This document shows, piece by piece, positions 9,058 to 19,108 of a stretch of DNA of 54,602 nucleotides. Origin of the DNA: Verrucomicrobiia bacterium (GTDB lineage: Bacteria; Chloroflexota; Limnocylindria; Limnocylindrales; CSP1-4); assembly GCA_035607275.1 (NCBI GenBank), contig DATNBW010000180.1, forward strand, positions 1 through 54,602, read 5' to 3'. Made by a program: the position numbers and the translations under genes. The notes below the pieces were generated by a model. That model saw only the letters and a list, made by a program, of their open reading frames with translations. It was not told the origin of the DNA and did not search any database. Within the stretch, counting starts at the first letter, position 1, and the number at the start of each line of letters is the position of its first letter.

Positions 9058-9984
9058 TCACTGCCAGCGGACCGAAAGCCGGCCCTCGCTGCGCGCGAGC
9101 CGCTCGAGGGTCGCGAGCGTCCAGCGCGACAGGAGCACGAAGACCACGACCATCGCCACGAGGATCGCGGCCTCGATCGCGGGTGACGGCGTCCCGATCG
9201 GGTACGCAGATCCCGCGAAGGCGAGCTGGCGCATCGCGTCGAGCCCGACAGCGAGCGGCAGGAGGCCGATCGCCACCGAGCCGAGGACGCCGAGCCGGGC
9301 GATCGGGAAGTTCAGCCCGGACACGAAGTAGACCGGCTCGACGAGGAGCTGGGTCAGGTGCCATGCCTCGCGGCCCCACATCAGGAAGAGGCTGGCGAGC
9401 ATCATCCCGAGCCCGTACAGCGCGGCGAGGGTCAGCAGGAACACCGCGATCAGCAGAGCCCACTGGTCGATCGAGAAGCTGACGCCGTAGAGGGTCGTCG
9501 CGATCACGAGAACGGCCGCCGCCCGGGTCGAGCTCATCACGAAGCCGCCGAAGGCCATCCCGAACAGGACGGCCATGATGTGCATCGGGGCGGCGAAGTA
9601 GAGCTCGAGGTTGCCCTGGCTCTTCTCCCACCACAGCTGCTGGGCCATCATCCAGATCACGTTCAGCCAGAACGCGGTCATGGCCCCGCCGAGCACGACG
9701 AAGCCGATGTACTGGGGCGGCGCCTGGAGCGCCCGGTAGACGAAGACAAACGCCGAGGTCGCGAGGAACGGCAGGAGGATCTCGAAGGCGATCCAGCTCT
9801 TCTCGCGGAAGAGGCCGGTGACCCGCGGGTAGGCGCGCCCGAGGACGGTCCGGAGGTTCGTCATCGCGACCTGGCGGGGCGTCCATTCGGCCGCCGCCTG
9901 TGGGCTCGCGGTCGGGCGGTAGACGAAGGCGTTCCGACCCGGGGAATCGAGGGTCCGCCGGCCGGCCTCGCGGGGCGCGCTCAT
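9058..9984 (-). CDS. ABC-2 type transporter permease (first permease)
   Basis: Internal ATG at 9984 of track ORF 9058..10521 forms an ATGA overlap with the ATPase stop (9981-9984). The part of the track ORF upstream of 9984 is Arg/Pro-rich shadow sequence. Confidence 0.8.
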   Translation of the reverse strand: MSAPREAGRRTLDSPGRNAFVYRPTASPQAAAEWTPRQVAMTNLRTVLGRAYPRVTGLFREKSWIAFEILLPFLATSAFVFVYRALQAPPQYIGFVVLGGAMTAFWLNVIWMMAQQLWWEKSQGNLELYFAAPMHIMAVLFGMAFGGFVMSSTRAAAVLVIATTLYGVSFSIDQWALLIAVFLLTLAALYGLGMMLASLFLMWGREAWHLTQLLVEPVYFVSGLNFPIARLGVLGSVAIGLLPLAVGLDAMRQLAFAGSAYPIGTPSPAIEAAILVAMVVVFVLLSRWTLATLERLARSEGRLSVRWQ

Positions 9985-11105
9985 CCGACGACCTCGGCTT
10001 CGCGCTCGCGGGCGTCGTCGGTCGGATCGGATGCCGGGGGCTCGCGGCGATCTCGCGGCGTCGACTCCTTGCGGTCGTGGTCGACCTCGTCGTGGAAGCC
10101 GCGGCCGACGAGCTCGACGAACACGTCCTCGAGAGATGGCTCGGACTTGCGGAGGGCGAGGATGTGGGCGCCGAGCCCGCCCAGGGCGACGACGACGTCG
10201 CCGAGGGCGCGATCGTCGACGAGGGCGAGGTTGACCTCGACGGTCTTCCGATCGGCCGCGCCGTCGGCCTGGTCGCCGACCGCGAGAGCCGCGCTGACCA
10301 CCCCCGGAAGGCGGCGCAGGGCGCCGACGCCGCCGTCGAGCCGGTCGAGCTCGATCCGGAAGAGGGATTCGCGCTGGACGCGCTTCTTGAGCTCGTCGGG
10401 CGTGCCCAGGGCGAGGATCCGGCCGTGGTCGACGATCGCGATCCGGTCGCACAGCTCGTCCGCCTCGGCCATGTAGTGGGTGGTCAGGAGGACTGTCCGG
10501 CCGGGGACCGCCGCCTTCCACGCCAGGACCAGCTCACGGACCGAGCGGGCGGCGGCCACGTCCAGCCCGAGCGTCGGCTCGTCGAGGAAGAAGATCCACG
10601 GGTCGTTGAGCAGGCCGCGCGCGAAGTTCATCTTCTGGCGCTGGCCGGTCGAGAGGGTGCTGACCCGCTGTTCCCGCTGCTCGTCGAGGCCGACGGCGTC
10701 GATCAGCTCGTCGACCCGGTTCCAGCCGTCGCGCGTCGGCAGCCCGTAGAACTGGCTGAACATCCAGAGCTGTTCGCGGACCGTCAGGATCCCGTAGCCC
10801 GACTGCTCGCCGCCCGCGACCATGTTCATGATCCGCCGGATCTGCTTCGTCTGGCGCTCGACGTCGAAGCCGAAGATGTGGGCCGTGCCCTCCGAGGGCA
10901 GCAGGAGCGTCGTCAGGATCTTGATCAGCGTCGTCTTGCCGGCGCCGTTCGGGCCGAGCAGGCCGAAGAACTCACCCGGCTCGACCTGCAGGTCGACGCC
11001 GTCGAGAGCGACGACGGGCTTCGGCTTGACCTTGTAGACGCGGCGGATGCCGCGGACGTCGATCGCGAGCGGCTGGGCGCGGGTCGTGGACGCGGGCACG
11101 GGCAC
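9981..11105 (-). CDS. ABC transporter ATP-binding protein (DrrA-like, with C-terminal extra domain)
   Basis: Walker A GPNGAGKTT, signature LSTGQRQK, Walker B IFFLDEPTLGLD. I place the start at GTG 11105 (or 11099), after GGGGAG. The 60 codons upstream of that in the track ORF look non-coding. Confidence 0.85.
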   Translation of the reverse strand: MPVPASTTRAQPLAIDVRGIRRVYKVKPKPVVALDGVDLQVEPGEFFGLLGPNGAGKTTLIKILTTLLLPSEGTAHIFGFDVERQTKQIRRIMNMVAGGEQSGYGILTVREQLWMFSQFYGLPTRDGWNRVDELIDAVGLDEQREQRVSTLSTGQRQKMNFARGLLNDPWIFFLDEPTLGLDVAAARSVRELVLAWKAAVPGRTVLLTTHYMAEADELCDRIAIVDHGRILALGTPDELKKRVQRESLFRIELDRLDGGVGALRRLPGVVSAALAVGDQADGAADRKTVEVNLALVDDRALGDVVVALGGLGAHILALRKSEPSLEDVFVELVGRGFHDEVDHDRKESTPRDRREPPASDPTDDAREREAEVVG

Positions 11106-11137
11106 GGGACTCCCCGGGGGTTGGCTGCGGGACGGGG

Positions 11138-11143
11138 AGTGTA
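11138..11143 (-). promoter_or_regulatory. candidate -10 hexamer TACACT for the ABC-2 operon
   Basis: Minus-strand TACACT lies about 33 nt upstream of the GTG at 11105, which fits a short leader carrying GGGGAG. I see no convincing -35. Confidence 0.3.
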
Positions 11144-11664
11144 CGACACGACCGTGCCAATGGGAAGCGTGGCGTCGTCCTGATGTGAGATGCCTATCGA
11201 ACACGGAGCGTGGCGCCGGGTCGCTCGTGCGTGCGCTCCCGCCCGCCCGGCCCGCGCTCGGGAGCGCCGTCGCCGAAATTGTCAAACGATCTCCAGGCGA
11301 TCCTTAGCCGGACCGTTTCTGTCATGCGAGCCCCACACGGTCGGTTGACAGGAATTCGCGTCACCGCCGTGCGTGGGCCGTGTCCGCCGGCCCGGCTTCA
11401 CTCGCCGAACGACCGGGTGAGATTCGTATGGCAAGACCGTCTCACGGCCTGGCCGGACACGGCCCACGGCCGTACCAGATGACAGCCACGGTGACCTTCT
11501 GCGCACGCCCGGGCGGTTGGCGGTCGATCTTGCGATCAACCGCCGTCGTGGTCAGTCGAATGGGCCCGATCGGAACGATCGAGGCCGCTGCCACCGGCCG
11601 AAGGACGCCGTGGCTGTCGAATGATCGAGATCAGCCGCGCGGGACCGTTGCGCCGCAGGCAGCC

Positions 11665-12600
11665 TCACGAGCGGATCCCGGTCAAGACCGACGCAAGCTC
11701 GCCCGCAACGCGGGCGTCGTTGACGATCAGGGCGGTGTTCGCGCGGACCGACGCTCCGTCGGTGATCTCGGCGATCCGGGCCAGGAGCCACGGGGTCGTG
11801 GCCGGGCCGTGGACGCCCGCAGCTTCGGCCTCGGCGACGGCGCGCGCGACGGCGGTCCGTGCCAAGTCCCCGGGGAGTGCCTCGGCCGCCGGCACCGGCA
11901 CGCACACGAGCAATCCGCCGAGACCCAGCTGGAGGTGGAGCCGCGCGATCGTCGACGCACCCGCCACGTCCTCCGCCGTCTGCGGCGAGGGGAGCCCGCT
12001 CGAACGCGCGTAGAAGCCGGGCAGCTCGGCCTGGCCGATCGTCACGACCGGCACGCCGTGCGTCTCGAGGTACTCGAGCGTCGCGGGGACGTCGAGGATC
12101 GCCTTCGGCCCGGCGCACACGACGGCCATCGGCGTCCGCCCGAGCTCCTCCAGGTCGGCCGAGATGTCGAACGTCGGTGACGGACCACCGAGGGCCCCGC
12201 GATGGACGCCGCCGATCCCACCGGTCGCGAACACCCGGATCCCTGCGGCGTGGGCCGCGATCATCGTCGCCGAGACGGTCGTCGCGGCCCAGCCGCCGCC
12301 GGCCAGCGCGACCGCGAGCGACGGCCGAGCTGCCTTCCGGACGGAGCCCGCCGGCGCGGTCGCCAGCGCCGCGAGGGCGCCTTCGTCCAATCCGACGAGC
12401 AGCCGACCGTCGCGGATCGCCACGGTGGCCGGCACCGCACCGCTCTCCCGGACCGCGGCCTCGGACGCGCGCGCGACCTCCAGGTTGGCCGGATACGGCA
12501 GCCCGTGGCTGATCAGCGTCGACTCGAGCGCGACGACCGGTCGGCCCTCTTCGAGCGCGCTCGCCACCTCGGACGCCACCGAAAGCCGGTCGCCGATCAC
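11665..12600 (-). CDS. psuG: pseudouridine-5'-phosphate glycosidase
   Basis: [33 protein letters not shown] and [11 protein letters not shown] are characteristic of PsuG/YeiN. The GTG start forms a GTGA overlap with the upstream kinase stop. Confidence 0.9.
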   Translation of the reverse strand: MIGDRLSVASEVASALEEGRPVVALESTLISHGLPYPANLEVARASEAAVRESGAVPATVAIRDGRLLVGLDEGALAALATAPAGSVRKAARPSLAVALAGGGWAATTVSATMIAAHAAGIRVFATGGIGGVHRGALGGPSPTFDISADLEELGRTPMAVVCAGPKAILDVPATLEYLETHGVPVVTIGQAELPGFYARSSGLPSPQTAEDVAGASTIARLHLQLGLGGLLVCVPVPAAEALPGDLARTAVARAVAEAEAAGVHGPATTPWLLARIAEITDGASVRANTALIVNDARVAGELASVLTGIRS

Positions 12601-13568
12601 AGCGCCAGCTCCCTCGGGACCGTCGACAGCTGCCGGGCCGCCGCCCGGTGCGCGGCAAGAACCGCGCGTCGGAGGGTCGCGGGCCGGAGCCGCGCGTCGG
12701 CATCCGCGGCGACCCAGGCCACGAGGAACCCCGCGTCGAACGCGTCGCCGGCCCCCGTCGTGTCGGTCGCCTCCAGCGGCGCGGTCGCGACGTCGAAGGC
12801 GAGGCGTCCCGAGGCGGAGTCGGCGAGAACGGAGGCGCCGGAGCGGCCGTGCTTGATGACGACGAGCGCGGCGAGCTCCCCCAGGCGCGTCGCGTCGTGG
12901 CCGCCCGCGAGGGCCTCCGCCTCGACCCGCGTGGCGAACAGAACGTCCGGCGCCGCCTCGCGGACCAGCCGCACGGCCGCCCGCCGTCCGTCGGCCAGCA
13001 GCGGAGCGACCGACGAGAGGTCGAGGCTGACCAGCGCGCCGCCCGCCCGTGCCAGCTCGATCGCCCGGCGGCCCGCCAACCCCAGCGGCTCGCCCAGCAG
13101 GGAATAGGCCGGCAGGTGGATCAGGTCGACGCGGAACGTCCCCTCCGACAGGTCTTCCGGCGTGAGGCGATCCGCGGCCGCCCGGTCGGCGACGAACGAC
13201 CGCTCGCCACCCGGCGCCACCACGACCCCGATCCGCCCGGTCCGCTCGCCCGCGACCCGCACCGCCCGGACGCGCACGCCGTCGTCCTCGAGCGCCGAGA
13301 CCAGCTCCCGTCCCTCGTGGTCGCGACCGACGGCGCAGACGAGCGTGGACCGCGCGCCCAGGCGGGCCAGCCAGCGCGCCGTCGTGGCGGCGGACCCGCC
13401 CTGGCGCAGCGCGACGCGACCGGGCACGTCCGTCCCGACCTCCATGGCGCGCGACGGAGCCAGCACGACATCGACCATGAGATCGCCGACGACGACGATC
13501 CGAGGCGTCCGTGGCGGCCGTGGCCCGGCCGAGCGCGCGCGACGCCGGACCGGAAGCTTCGGGGGCAT
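12597..13568 (-). CDS. psuK: PfkB-family carbohydrate kinase, probable pseudouridine kinase
   Basis: This is the C-terminal 323 codons of the giant track ORF 12597..18080. Motifs: [11 protein letters not shown], the PfkB motif DTTGAGDAF, and translational coupling to psuG. Confidence 0.8.
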   Translation of the reverse strand: MPPKLPVRRRARSAGPRPPRTPRIVVVGDLMVDVVLAPSRAMEVGTDVPGRVALRQGGSAATTARWLARLGARSTLVCAVGRDHEGRELVSALEDDGVRVRAVRVAGERTGRIGVVVAPGGERSFVADRAAADRLTPEDLSEGTFRVDLIHLPAYSLLGEPLGLAGRRAIELARAGGALVSLDLSSVAPLLADGRRAAVRLVREAAPDVLFATRVEAEALAGGHDATRLGELAALVVIKHGRSGASVLADSASGRLAFDVATAPLEATDTTGAGDAFDAGFLVAWVAADADARLRPATLRRAVLAAHRAAARQLSTVPRELAL

Positions 13569-13574
13569 GCTGCG

Positions 13575-13580
13575 AGGATA
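13575..13580 (-). promoter_or_regulatory. candidate -10 hexamer TATCCT exactly 6 nt upstream of the psuK ATG (leaderless geometry)
   Basis: The minus strand reads GGCTATCCTCGCAGCATG. No Shine-Dalgarno sequence is present. Confidence 0.35.
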
Positions 13581-13612
13581 GCCGCGCGCACGAGGAGGCC
13601 GTCCGCCCGGCC

Positions 13613-13618
13613 TACAAT
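13613..13618 (+). promoter_or_regulatory. candidate -10 hexamer TACAAT for tkt
   Basis: TACAAT is on the plus strand, 55 nt upstream of the tkt ATG. The -35 is weak. Confidence 0.3.
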
Positions 13619-13673
13619 GCGCCAACGACCCGAGTCCCCGACCCCGAACCGGATTTGCGGGAGCACGATTTCC

Positions 13674-15824
13674 ATGCCGACCGCCACCGAGACCCTCGAC
13701 CGCCTCGCGATCGACACGATCCGGACCCTCTCGATCGACGGCGTCCAGCAGGCGAATTCCGGCCACCCGGGCGCCCCGATGGGCGCCGCCCCGATGGCCT
13801 ACACGCTCTGGACGCGCTTCCTGCGCCATGCCCCGACCCACCCCGACTGGCCGGATCGCGATCGCTTCGTCCTGAGCGCCGGCCACGCGTCGATGCTCCT
13901 CTACTCGCTCCTCCACCTGACCGGCTATGGCGTCACGCTCGACGACCTGAAGTCGTTCCGCCAGTGGGGGTCGAAGACGCCGGGCCACCCGGAGTACGGT
14001 CTGACGCCCGGCGTCGAGGCGACCACGGGGCCCCTCGGCCAGGGCTTCGCGAACGCCGTCGGGATGGCGATCGCCGAGGCGCGCCTCGCCGCCGAGTTCA
14101 ACCGCGAGGGTCACGACGTCGTCGACCACTGGACGTACACGCTCTGCTCGGACGGCGACCTCCAGGAGGGCATCGCGTCGGAGGCGGCGTCGCTGGCCGG
14201 CCACCTCGGCCTGCGCAAGCTGATCGCCCTGTACGACGACAACCACATCCAGCTCGACGGGCCGACCTCGATGGCCTGGTCGGAGGACGTCGTCGCCCGG
14301 TTCGAGGCGTACGGCTGGCATGCGGTCCGGGTCGAGGACGGCACCGACATCGAGTCGATCTCCGCGGCGATCGAGGAGGCGCGGGCCGACGACCGGCCGA
14401 GCCTGATCGCGGTTCGGACCCACATCGGCTTCGGCAGCCCGAACAAGCAGGACACCCAGAAGGCGCACGGCTCGCCGCTCGGGCCGGACGAGGTCCGCTT
14501 GGTCAAGGAGGCCTACGGCTGGGATCCGGACAAGACGTTCTACGAGCCGCCCGAGGCGCTCGAGCTCTTCCGGCGGGCGATCCCGGCCGGCGACGACCTC
14601 GTCGAGGCCTGGGAGGGCGCCTTCGCCCGCTACGAATCGGCGCACCCGGACCTGGCAAAGGAGTTCCGTCGGCGGGTGATGAATCGCGCGTTGCGCGACG
14701 GCTGGGATGCGGGGCTCAAGACCTATGCGGCCGGCGAGGAGATCGCGACCCGGAACGCCAGCCAGGACGCGATCCAGGCGCTCGCCTCGACCGTGCCGGA
14801 GCTGTTCGGCGGCGCGGCGGACCTGTCCGAATCGAACCTGACCGACGTCAAGGGCGAAGGCTCGTTCGAGGCCGACGATCCCGGTCGGAACCTGCGCTTC
14901 GGCGTGCGCGAGCACGGGATGGGCGGCGTCGGCAACGGGATCGCCTACCACGGCGGCTTCATCCCGTACGTCGCGACGTTCCTGACGTTCAGCGACTACA
15001 TGCGCGGCGCCGTCCGGCTGGCGGCCCTCAGCGGGCTCCAGGTCGTCGACGTCTGGACCCACGACTCGGTCGGGCTCGGCGAGGACGGCCCGACCCACCA
15101 GCCGGTCGAGCATTACGCCGCACTCCGGGCGATCCCGAACCTGTGGTTCGTCCGGCCGGGCGACGCCAACGAGACGTCCGCGGCCTGGGCGCTGGCCGTG
15201 GCGCGCGGACAGGAGAATCCGTCCGGACCGGTGGCGTTGTCGCTGACGCGCCAGAAGCTGCCGACGCTCGCGGGTACGGCCGAGAAGGCGCGCGAGGGCG
15301 TGCGCCGCGGCGGGTACGTCCTGCGCGACGCGGCCGGGGGTCAGGCGCCCCGAATCATCCTGATCGGGACCGGCTCGGAGCTGCAGCTCGCGTTCCGGGC
15401 CGCCGAGGCGCTCGAGGCGGACGGGATCGCGGCCCGGGTCGTGTCCCTGCCCTGCTGGGAGCGGTTCGAGCTCCAGGACGCGGACTACCGCGAGTCCGTG
15501 CTGCCGCGCTCGGTCCGTGCGCGGGTCGCGGTCGAGGCCGGCGTGTCGCTCGGCTGGGACCGCTGGGTCGGCGACGACGGCGCGATCGTCGGGCTCGACC
15601 ATTTCGGCGCGTCGGCGCCGGCCGGGACGATCTTCGAGAAGTTCGGGTTCAGCGTCGATCGGGTCGTCGCGGTCGCTCGGGACGTGCTGGCGGGCACGGT
15701 TCGCGGCCCGCTCGAGACCCTCGAGCCCGGTCACCTGCCGGCGCCGCGCGGCGGCCATCCGTCGCTCGACCACGGCGACCCGGGCGTCGACCGGACGCCG
15801 TCGACCGACCCCGGCCACAGCTGA
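13674..15824 (+). CDS. tkt: transketolase
   Basis: [37 protein letters not shown] and [19 protein letters not shown] at 13674 lies inside track ORF 12648..15824. Confidence 0.95.
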   Translation: MPTATETLDRLAIDTIRTLSIDGVQQANSGHPGAPMGAAPMAYTLWTRFLRHAPTHPDWPDRDRFVLSAGHASMLLYSLLHLTGYGVTLDDLKSFRQWGSKTPGHPEYGLTPGVEATTGPLGQGFANAVGMAIAEARLAAEFNREGHDVVDHWTYTLCSDGDLQEGIASEAASLAGHLGLRKLIALYDDNHIQLDGPTSMAWSEDVVARFEAYGWHAVRVEDGTDIESISAAIEEARADDRPSLIAVRTHIGFGSPNKQDTQKAHGSPLGPDEVRLVKEAYGWDPDKTFYEPPEALELFRRAIPAGDDLVEAWEGAFARYESAHPDLAKEFRRRVMNRALRDGWDAGLKTYAAGEEIATRNASQDAIQALASTVPELFGGAADLSESNLTDVKGEGSFEADDPGRNLRFGVREHGMGGVGNGIAYHGGFIPYVATFLTFSDYMRGAVRLAALSGLQVVDVWTHDSVGLGEDGPTHQPVEHYAALRAIPNLWFVRPGDANETSAAWALAVARGQENPSGPVALSLTRQKLPTLAGTAEKAREGVRRGGYVLRDAAGGQAPRIILIGTGSELQLAFRAAEALEADGIAARVVSLPCWERFELQDADYRESVLPRSVRARVAVEAGVSLGWDRWVGDDGAIVGLDHFGASAPAGTIFEKFGFSVDRVVAVARDVLAGTVRGPLETLEPGHLPAPRGGHPSLDHGDPGVDRTPSTDPGHS

Positions 15825-15836
15825 GCGGTCACGGAG

Positions 15837-16298
15837 ATGCGCGTGGCATTCGCCGCCGATCACGCCGGGGCCGCCCTGAAGGACGAGCTCCGGCGCCGGC
15901 TCGAGGCCGCGGGTCTCGGCCACGACGTCGTCGATCTCGGTGGCGACGGCTCCAATCCGCAGGACGACTACCCGGACTTCGCAGCCCGCATCGGCTACGC
16001 GGTCCGCGACGGCGAAGCGGATCGCGGAATCCTCATCTGCGGGTCCGGCGTCGGCGCGAGCGTCGCCGCGAACAAGATCCGCGGCGTCCGGACCGCTGTC
16101 TGCCACGACACGTACTCGGCCCACCAGGGCGTCGAGCACGACGACATGAACATCCTGACCCTCGGCTCGCGGGTGATCGGGCCCGAGCCCGCCTGGGAAT
16201 GCGTCGTCGCCTTCCTCGGCGCGACGTTCAGCGGCGAGCCGCGCCACCGGCGGCGGCTCGACAAGGTCCTCGCGATCGAGGCTGCGGAGCGGGACTGA
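15837..16298 (+). CDS. rpiB: ribose-5-phosphate isomerase B
   Basis: [11 protein letters not shown]..., [19 protein letters not shown] and LTLGSRVIG match the RpiB/LacAB family. Confidence 0.9.
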   Translation: MRVAFAADHAGAALKDELRRRLEAAGLGHDVVDLGGDGSNPQDDYPDFAARIGYAVRDGEADRGILICGSGVGASVAANKIRGVRTAVCHDTYSAHQGVEHDDMNILTLGSRVIGPEPAWECVVAFLGATFSGEPRHRRRLDKVLAIEAAERD

Positions 16299-16325
16299 CC
16301 CGCCGGGCGCGGGCCACAGAACGTC

Positions 16326-18149
16326 ATGCAGGCGCAACGTGCGCCCGGGCGCGGTCGGACTACCATGGGCGCGATGCCTGACGACATGACCGCCAGTCCA
16401 GCCATCGCAAGCCCGTCTCTCGCCCTCGGTGACGGCACCGCGGCGTACGACGCGGCGGTCCAGCGGGCCCGCGACGAGCGCTGGGGCGAGCGGGTCTGGG
16501 ACCGCGACCCGAGCCTGTGGTCGACCAACGAACGCGTCCAGGCGGCGATCTCCGATCGTCTCGGCTGGCTCGACGCGCCGGCCCACTTCGCCGAGCAGGT
16601 CGCCGCGCTCGAGGGGTTCGGCGAAGGCGTCCGGGACGCCGGGTTCACGACCGCGGTCGTCGGCGGGATGGGCGGCAGCAGCCTCGCCCCGGACGTGCTC
16701 CACCGGACGTTCGGGACGGCCGAGGGCTGGCTCGACCTGCGCGTCCTCGACTCGACCGACCCGGCGGCCGTCGCCGCGACCGTCGACGACCTCGATCCGC
16801 TCGCGACCCTGTGGATCGTCGCGAGCAAGTCCGGCACGACCACCGAGCCGCTCGCGTTCCAGGCCGACGCCTGGTCTCGCGCGGAGCGGGCTCTGCGCGC
16901 GCATCACGCGCCGCGCAACGAGCACGCCGGCGAGCTGATGGTCGCGATCACCGACCCGGGCCGGAGCGTCGAAGCGATCCCCCATCACGACCAGCTCCGC
17001 GAGGTCTTCCTCAACCCGCCCGACATCGGCGGCCGCTATTGCGCGCTGACCTACATCGGGCTCGTCCCGGCGAGCCTGATCGGGATCGATCTCGACGCCG
17101 TCCTCGCGTCCGGGATCGCGATGGCCGACGCCTGCCGCGAACCGGATCCAGCGGCGAACCCGGGCGTCAGTCTCGGCCTGGCGATCGGGACGCTTGCCCG
17201 GGCGGGCCGCGACAAGCTGACGTTCATCGCCGACCCCGCCATCGACAGCTTCGGCGCGTGGGCCGAGCAGCTGATCGCCGAGAGCACCGGCAAGCATGGG
17301 ACGGGCATCGTCCCGATCGATCGCGAGCCGCTCGGGGAAATCGCGGCCTACGGCACGGACCGGGTCTTCGTCCGGCTGTCCCTCGCGGGCGAGGCTTTCG
17401 CCGCCGGCGACGCCCTTGCGGATGCGGCGGAGGCGGCCGGCCATCCGGTCATCCGCATCGCGATCGCGGACCCGATCGACATCGGCGCCGAGGCGTTCCG
17501 CTGGGAGTTCGCCACGGCCATCGCCGGCGTCGTCCTCGGGATCGATCCGTTCGACCAGCCGAACGTCGAGGAGGCGAAGGACCTCACGCGGAAGGTCCTC
17601 GCCGCCGCGGAGTCCGGCGCAAAGCCGCTCGCGCCGGCCCCGGCGCTCGTCGAGGACGCGGCGAGCGGCCTCGCCCTGCACGGTGACGCGGCGCTCCGGC
17701 TGACGGCCGGCGACGGCTCCGTGGTCGGCGAGCTGGCGCGCCACCTCGCCCGGCGCAAGCCGAACGCCTATCTCGCCCTCCAGGCCTTCATTGCGCCGTC
17801 CGCCGCCGCCGACGAAGCCATCGAGCGGATTCGCGTCCTGCTTCGCGACGCCACCCGCTGCGCGACGACGGCCGGCTACGGTCCTCGCTTCCTCCACTCG
17901 ACGGGCCAGCTCCACAAGGGCGGCACGCCGAGCGGCTGGTTCCTCCAGATCACATCCGACCATCCCGCGGACCGGCCGATCCCTGGCTGGCCGTACACCT
18001 TCGGCCGCCTGATCGATGCCCAGGCCGAGGGCGATTTCGCCGCGATCGAATCGCACGACCTGCCGATCCTGCGCGTCCACCTCGCCGATCCGGAGCGAGG
18101 CCTGGTCGCGCTCGAGACGGCGCTGCGCACGGCGCTCAACCAGGGCTGA
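16326..18149 (+). CDS. pgi: glucose-6-phosphate isomerase (of the type usually fused or adjacent to transaldolase)
   Basis: VVGGMGGSSLAPDV, IVASKSGTTTEP and GGRYCALTY. The start is uncertain (ATG at 16326, 16365, 16374 or 16386). Confidence 0.85.
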   Translation: MQAQRAPGRGRTTMGAMPDDMTASPAIASPSLALGDGTAAYDAAVQRARDERWGERVWDRDPSLWSTNERVQAAISDRLGWLDAPAHFAEQVAALEGFGEGVRDAGFTTAVVGGMGGSSLAPDVLHRTFGTAEGWLDLRVLDSTDPAAVAATVDDLDPLATLWIVASKSGTTTEPLAFQADAWSRAERALRAHHAPRNEHAGELMVAITDPGRSVEAIPHHDQLREVFLNPPDIGGRYCALTYIGLVPASLIGIDLDAVLASGIAMADACREPDPAANPGVSLGLAIGTLARAGRDKLTFIADPAIDSFGAWAEQLIAESTGKHGTGIVPIDREPLGEIAAYGTDRVFVRLSLAGEAFAAGDALADAAEAAGHPVIRIAIADPIDIGAEAFRWEFATAIAGVVLGIDPFDQPNVEEAKDLTRKVLAAAESGAKPLAPAPALVEDAASGLALHGDAALRLTAGDGSVVGELARHLARRKPNAYLALQAFIAPSAAADEAIERIRVLLRDATRCATTAGYGPRFLHSTGQLHKGGTPSGWFLQITSDHPADRPIPGWPYTFGRLIDAQAEGDFAAIESHDLPILRVHLADPERGLVALETALRTALNQG

Positions 18150-18208
18150 AGCGGCAATCCAGCGCGACCCGGGCGGTCGCCGCCATCAACCACGGAGGGT
18201 CAGTCGCA

Positions 18209-19108
18209 ATGCGGATCGGGTTCGTCGGTCTCGGTCGGATGGGCGCCAACATGGTCCGCCGCCTGCTCAAGGACGGCCACGAGGTCGTCGCCTACAACCG
18301 GACGCCGGAGAAGACGAAGGAGATCGAAGGCGAAGGCGCGATCGCCTCGTTCTCGATTGCCGAGCTCGTCTCGAAGCTCGAGAAGCCGCGCGCGGTCTGG
18401 ATCATGGTTCCGGCCGGTGACGCGACCGAGGCCCAGATCGAGGAGCTGATGGAGCACCTCGAGCCGGGCGACACGATCATCGACGGCGGCAACACGAACT
18501 TCCACGACGACCAGCGCCGGCACGCGGCGCTCGCCGAGAAGGGCGTGAACTACGTCGACGCCGGCACGAGCGGCGGGATCTGGGGCCTCCAGGTCGGCTA
18601 CTGCCTGATGGTCGGCGGCGACGAGGCGGCGGTGAAGCCGCTCGAGCCGATCTTCCTCTCGCTGGCCCCGGAGGGCGGCTATCTCCAGGTCGGCGGCGCG
18701 GGAGCCGGCCACTACGTGAAGATGGTCCACAACGGCATCGAGTACGGGCTGATGCAGGCCTACGCCGAGGGCTTCGAGATCCTCCACGCCTCGTCATATC
18801 CGCTGGACCTCGCCGGGATCGCCGACCTGTGGATGCAGGGCTCGGTCGTCCGATCCTGGCTGCTCGAGCTGGCGGCACGCGCGTTCAAGGCGAACGGCCA
18901 GGATCTCGATCACCTGAAAGGCTTCGTCGCCGACTCCGGCGAGGGCCGCTGGACGATCCAGGAGGCGATCGACCACGACGTCCCGGCGCCGGTGATCACC
19001 CTGTCGCTGCTGACCCGGTTCCGGTCCCGCCAGGACGACTCGTACGGCGCCAAGGTCCTCGCCGCGCTCCGCAACGAGTTTGGCGGGCATGCCGTGAAAA
19101 CCGAATGA
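18209..19108 (+). CDS. gnd: 6-phosphogluconate dehydrogenase, decarboxylating, short (about 300 aa) form
   Basis: MRIGFVGLGRMGANMVRRL, GHYVKMVHNGIEYGLMQAYAEG. GGAGGG lies upstream of the ATG. Confidence 0.9.
   Translation: MRIGFVGLGRMGANMVRRLLKDGHEVVAYNRTPEKTKEIEGEGAIASFSIAELVSKLEKPRAVWIMVPAGDATEAQIEELMEHLEPGDTIIDGGNTNFHDDQRRHAALAEKGVNYVDAGTSGGIWGLQVGYCLMVGGDEAAVKPLEPIFLSLAPEGGYLQVGGAGAGHYVKMVHNGIEYGLMQAYAEGFEILHASSYPLDLAGIADLWMQGSVVRSWLLELAARAFKANGQDLDHLKGFVADSGEGRWTIQEAIDHDVPAPVITLSLLTRFRSRQDDSYGAKVLAALRNEFGGHAVKTE

Noticed and set aside
7431-9482. 683-aa plus-strand ORF
   Set aside because: It is antisense to the ABC-2 permeases and the 7482..8003 gene, is low-complexity Arg/Asp/Glu/Pro-rich, and has no motifs.
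11106-11285. N-terminal 60 codons of the ABC ATPase track ORF (ATG at 11285)
   Set aside because: The peptide is Ser/Pro/Arg-rich with no ATPase homology. SD-preceded GTG codons at 11105/11099 and a TACACT hexamer at 11143..11138 fit a shorter gene better.
11280-11350. Two divergent TTGACA hexamers (minus strand 11285..11280, plus strand 11345-11350) flanked by an imperfect AATT...TGTCAA / TTGACA...AATT inverted repeat
   Set aside because: Neither hexamer has a TANNNT-like -10 at 16-19 nt, so I cannot support them as promoters. I kept them only as context for the structured gap.
11396-11450. Loose resemblance (ACCGGGU ... CAAGACCG) to the guanidine-III (ykkC-III) riboswitch sequence as I remember it
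   Set aside because: It is on the plus strand with no downstream plus-strand gene, only a few short strings match, and I cannot verify the consensus without Rfam.
13569-18080. Upstream 1500 codons of the 1827-aa minus-strand track ORF 12597..18080
   Set aside because: It is antisense to tkt, rpiB and pgi, which have unambiguous motifs. Its sequence is Arg/Gly/Asp/Pro-rich shadow typical of the opposite strand of high-GC genes. Only the last 323 codons (the PfkB kinase) are real.
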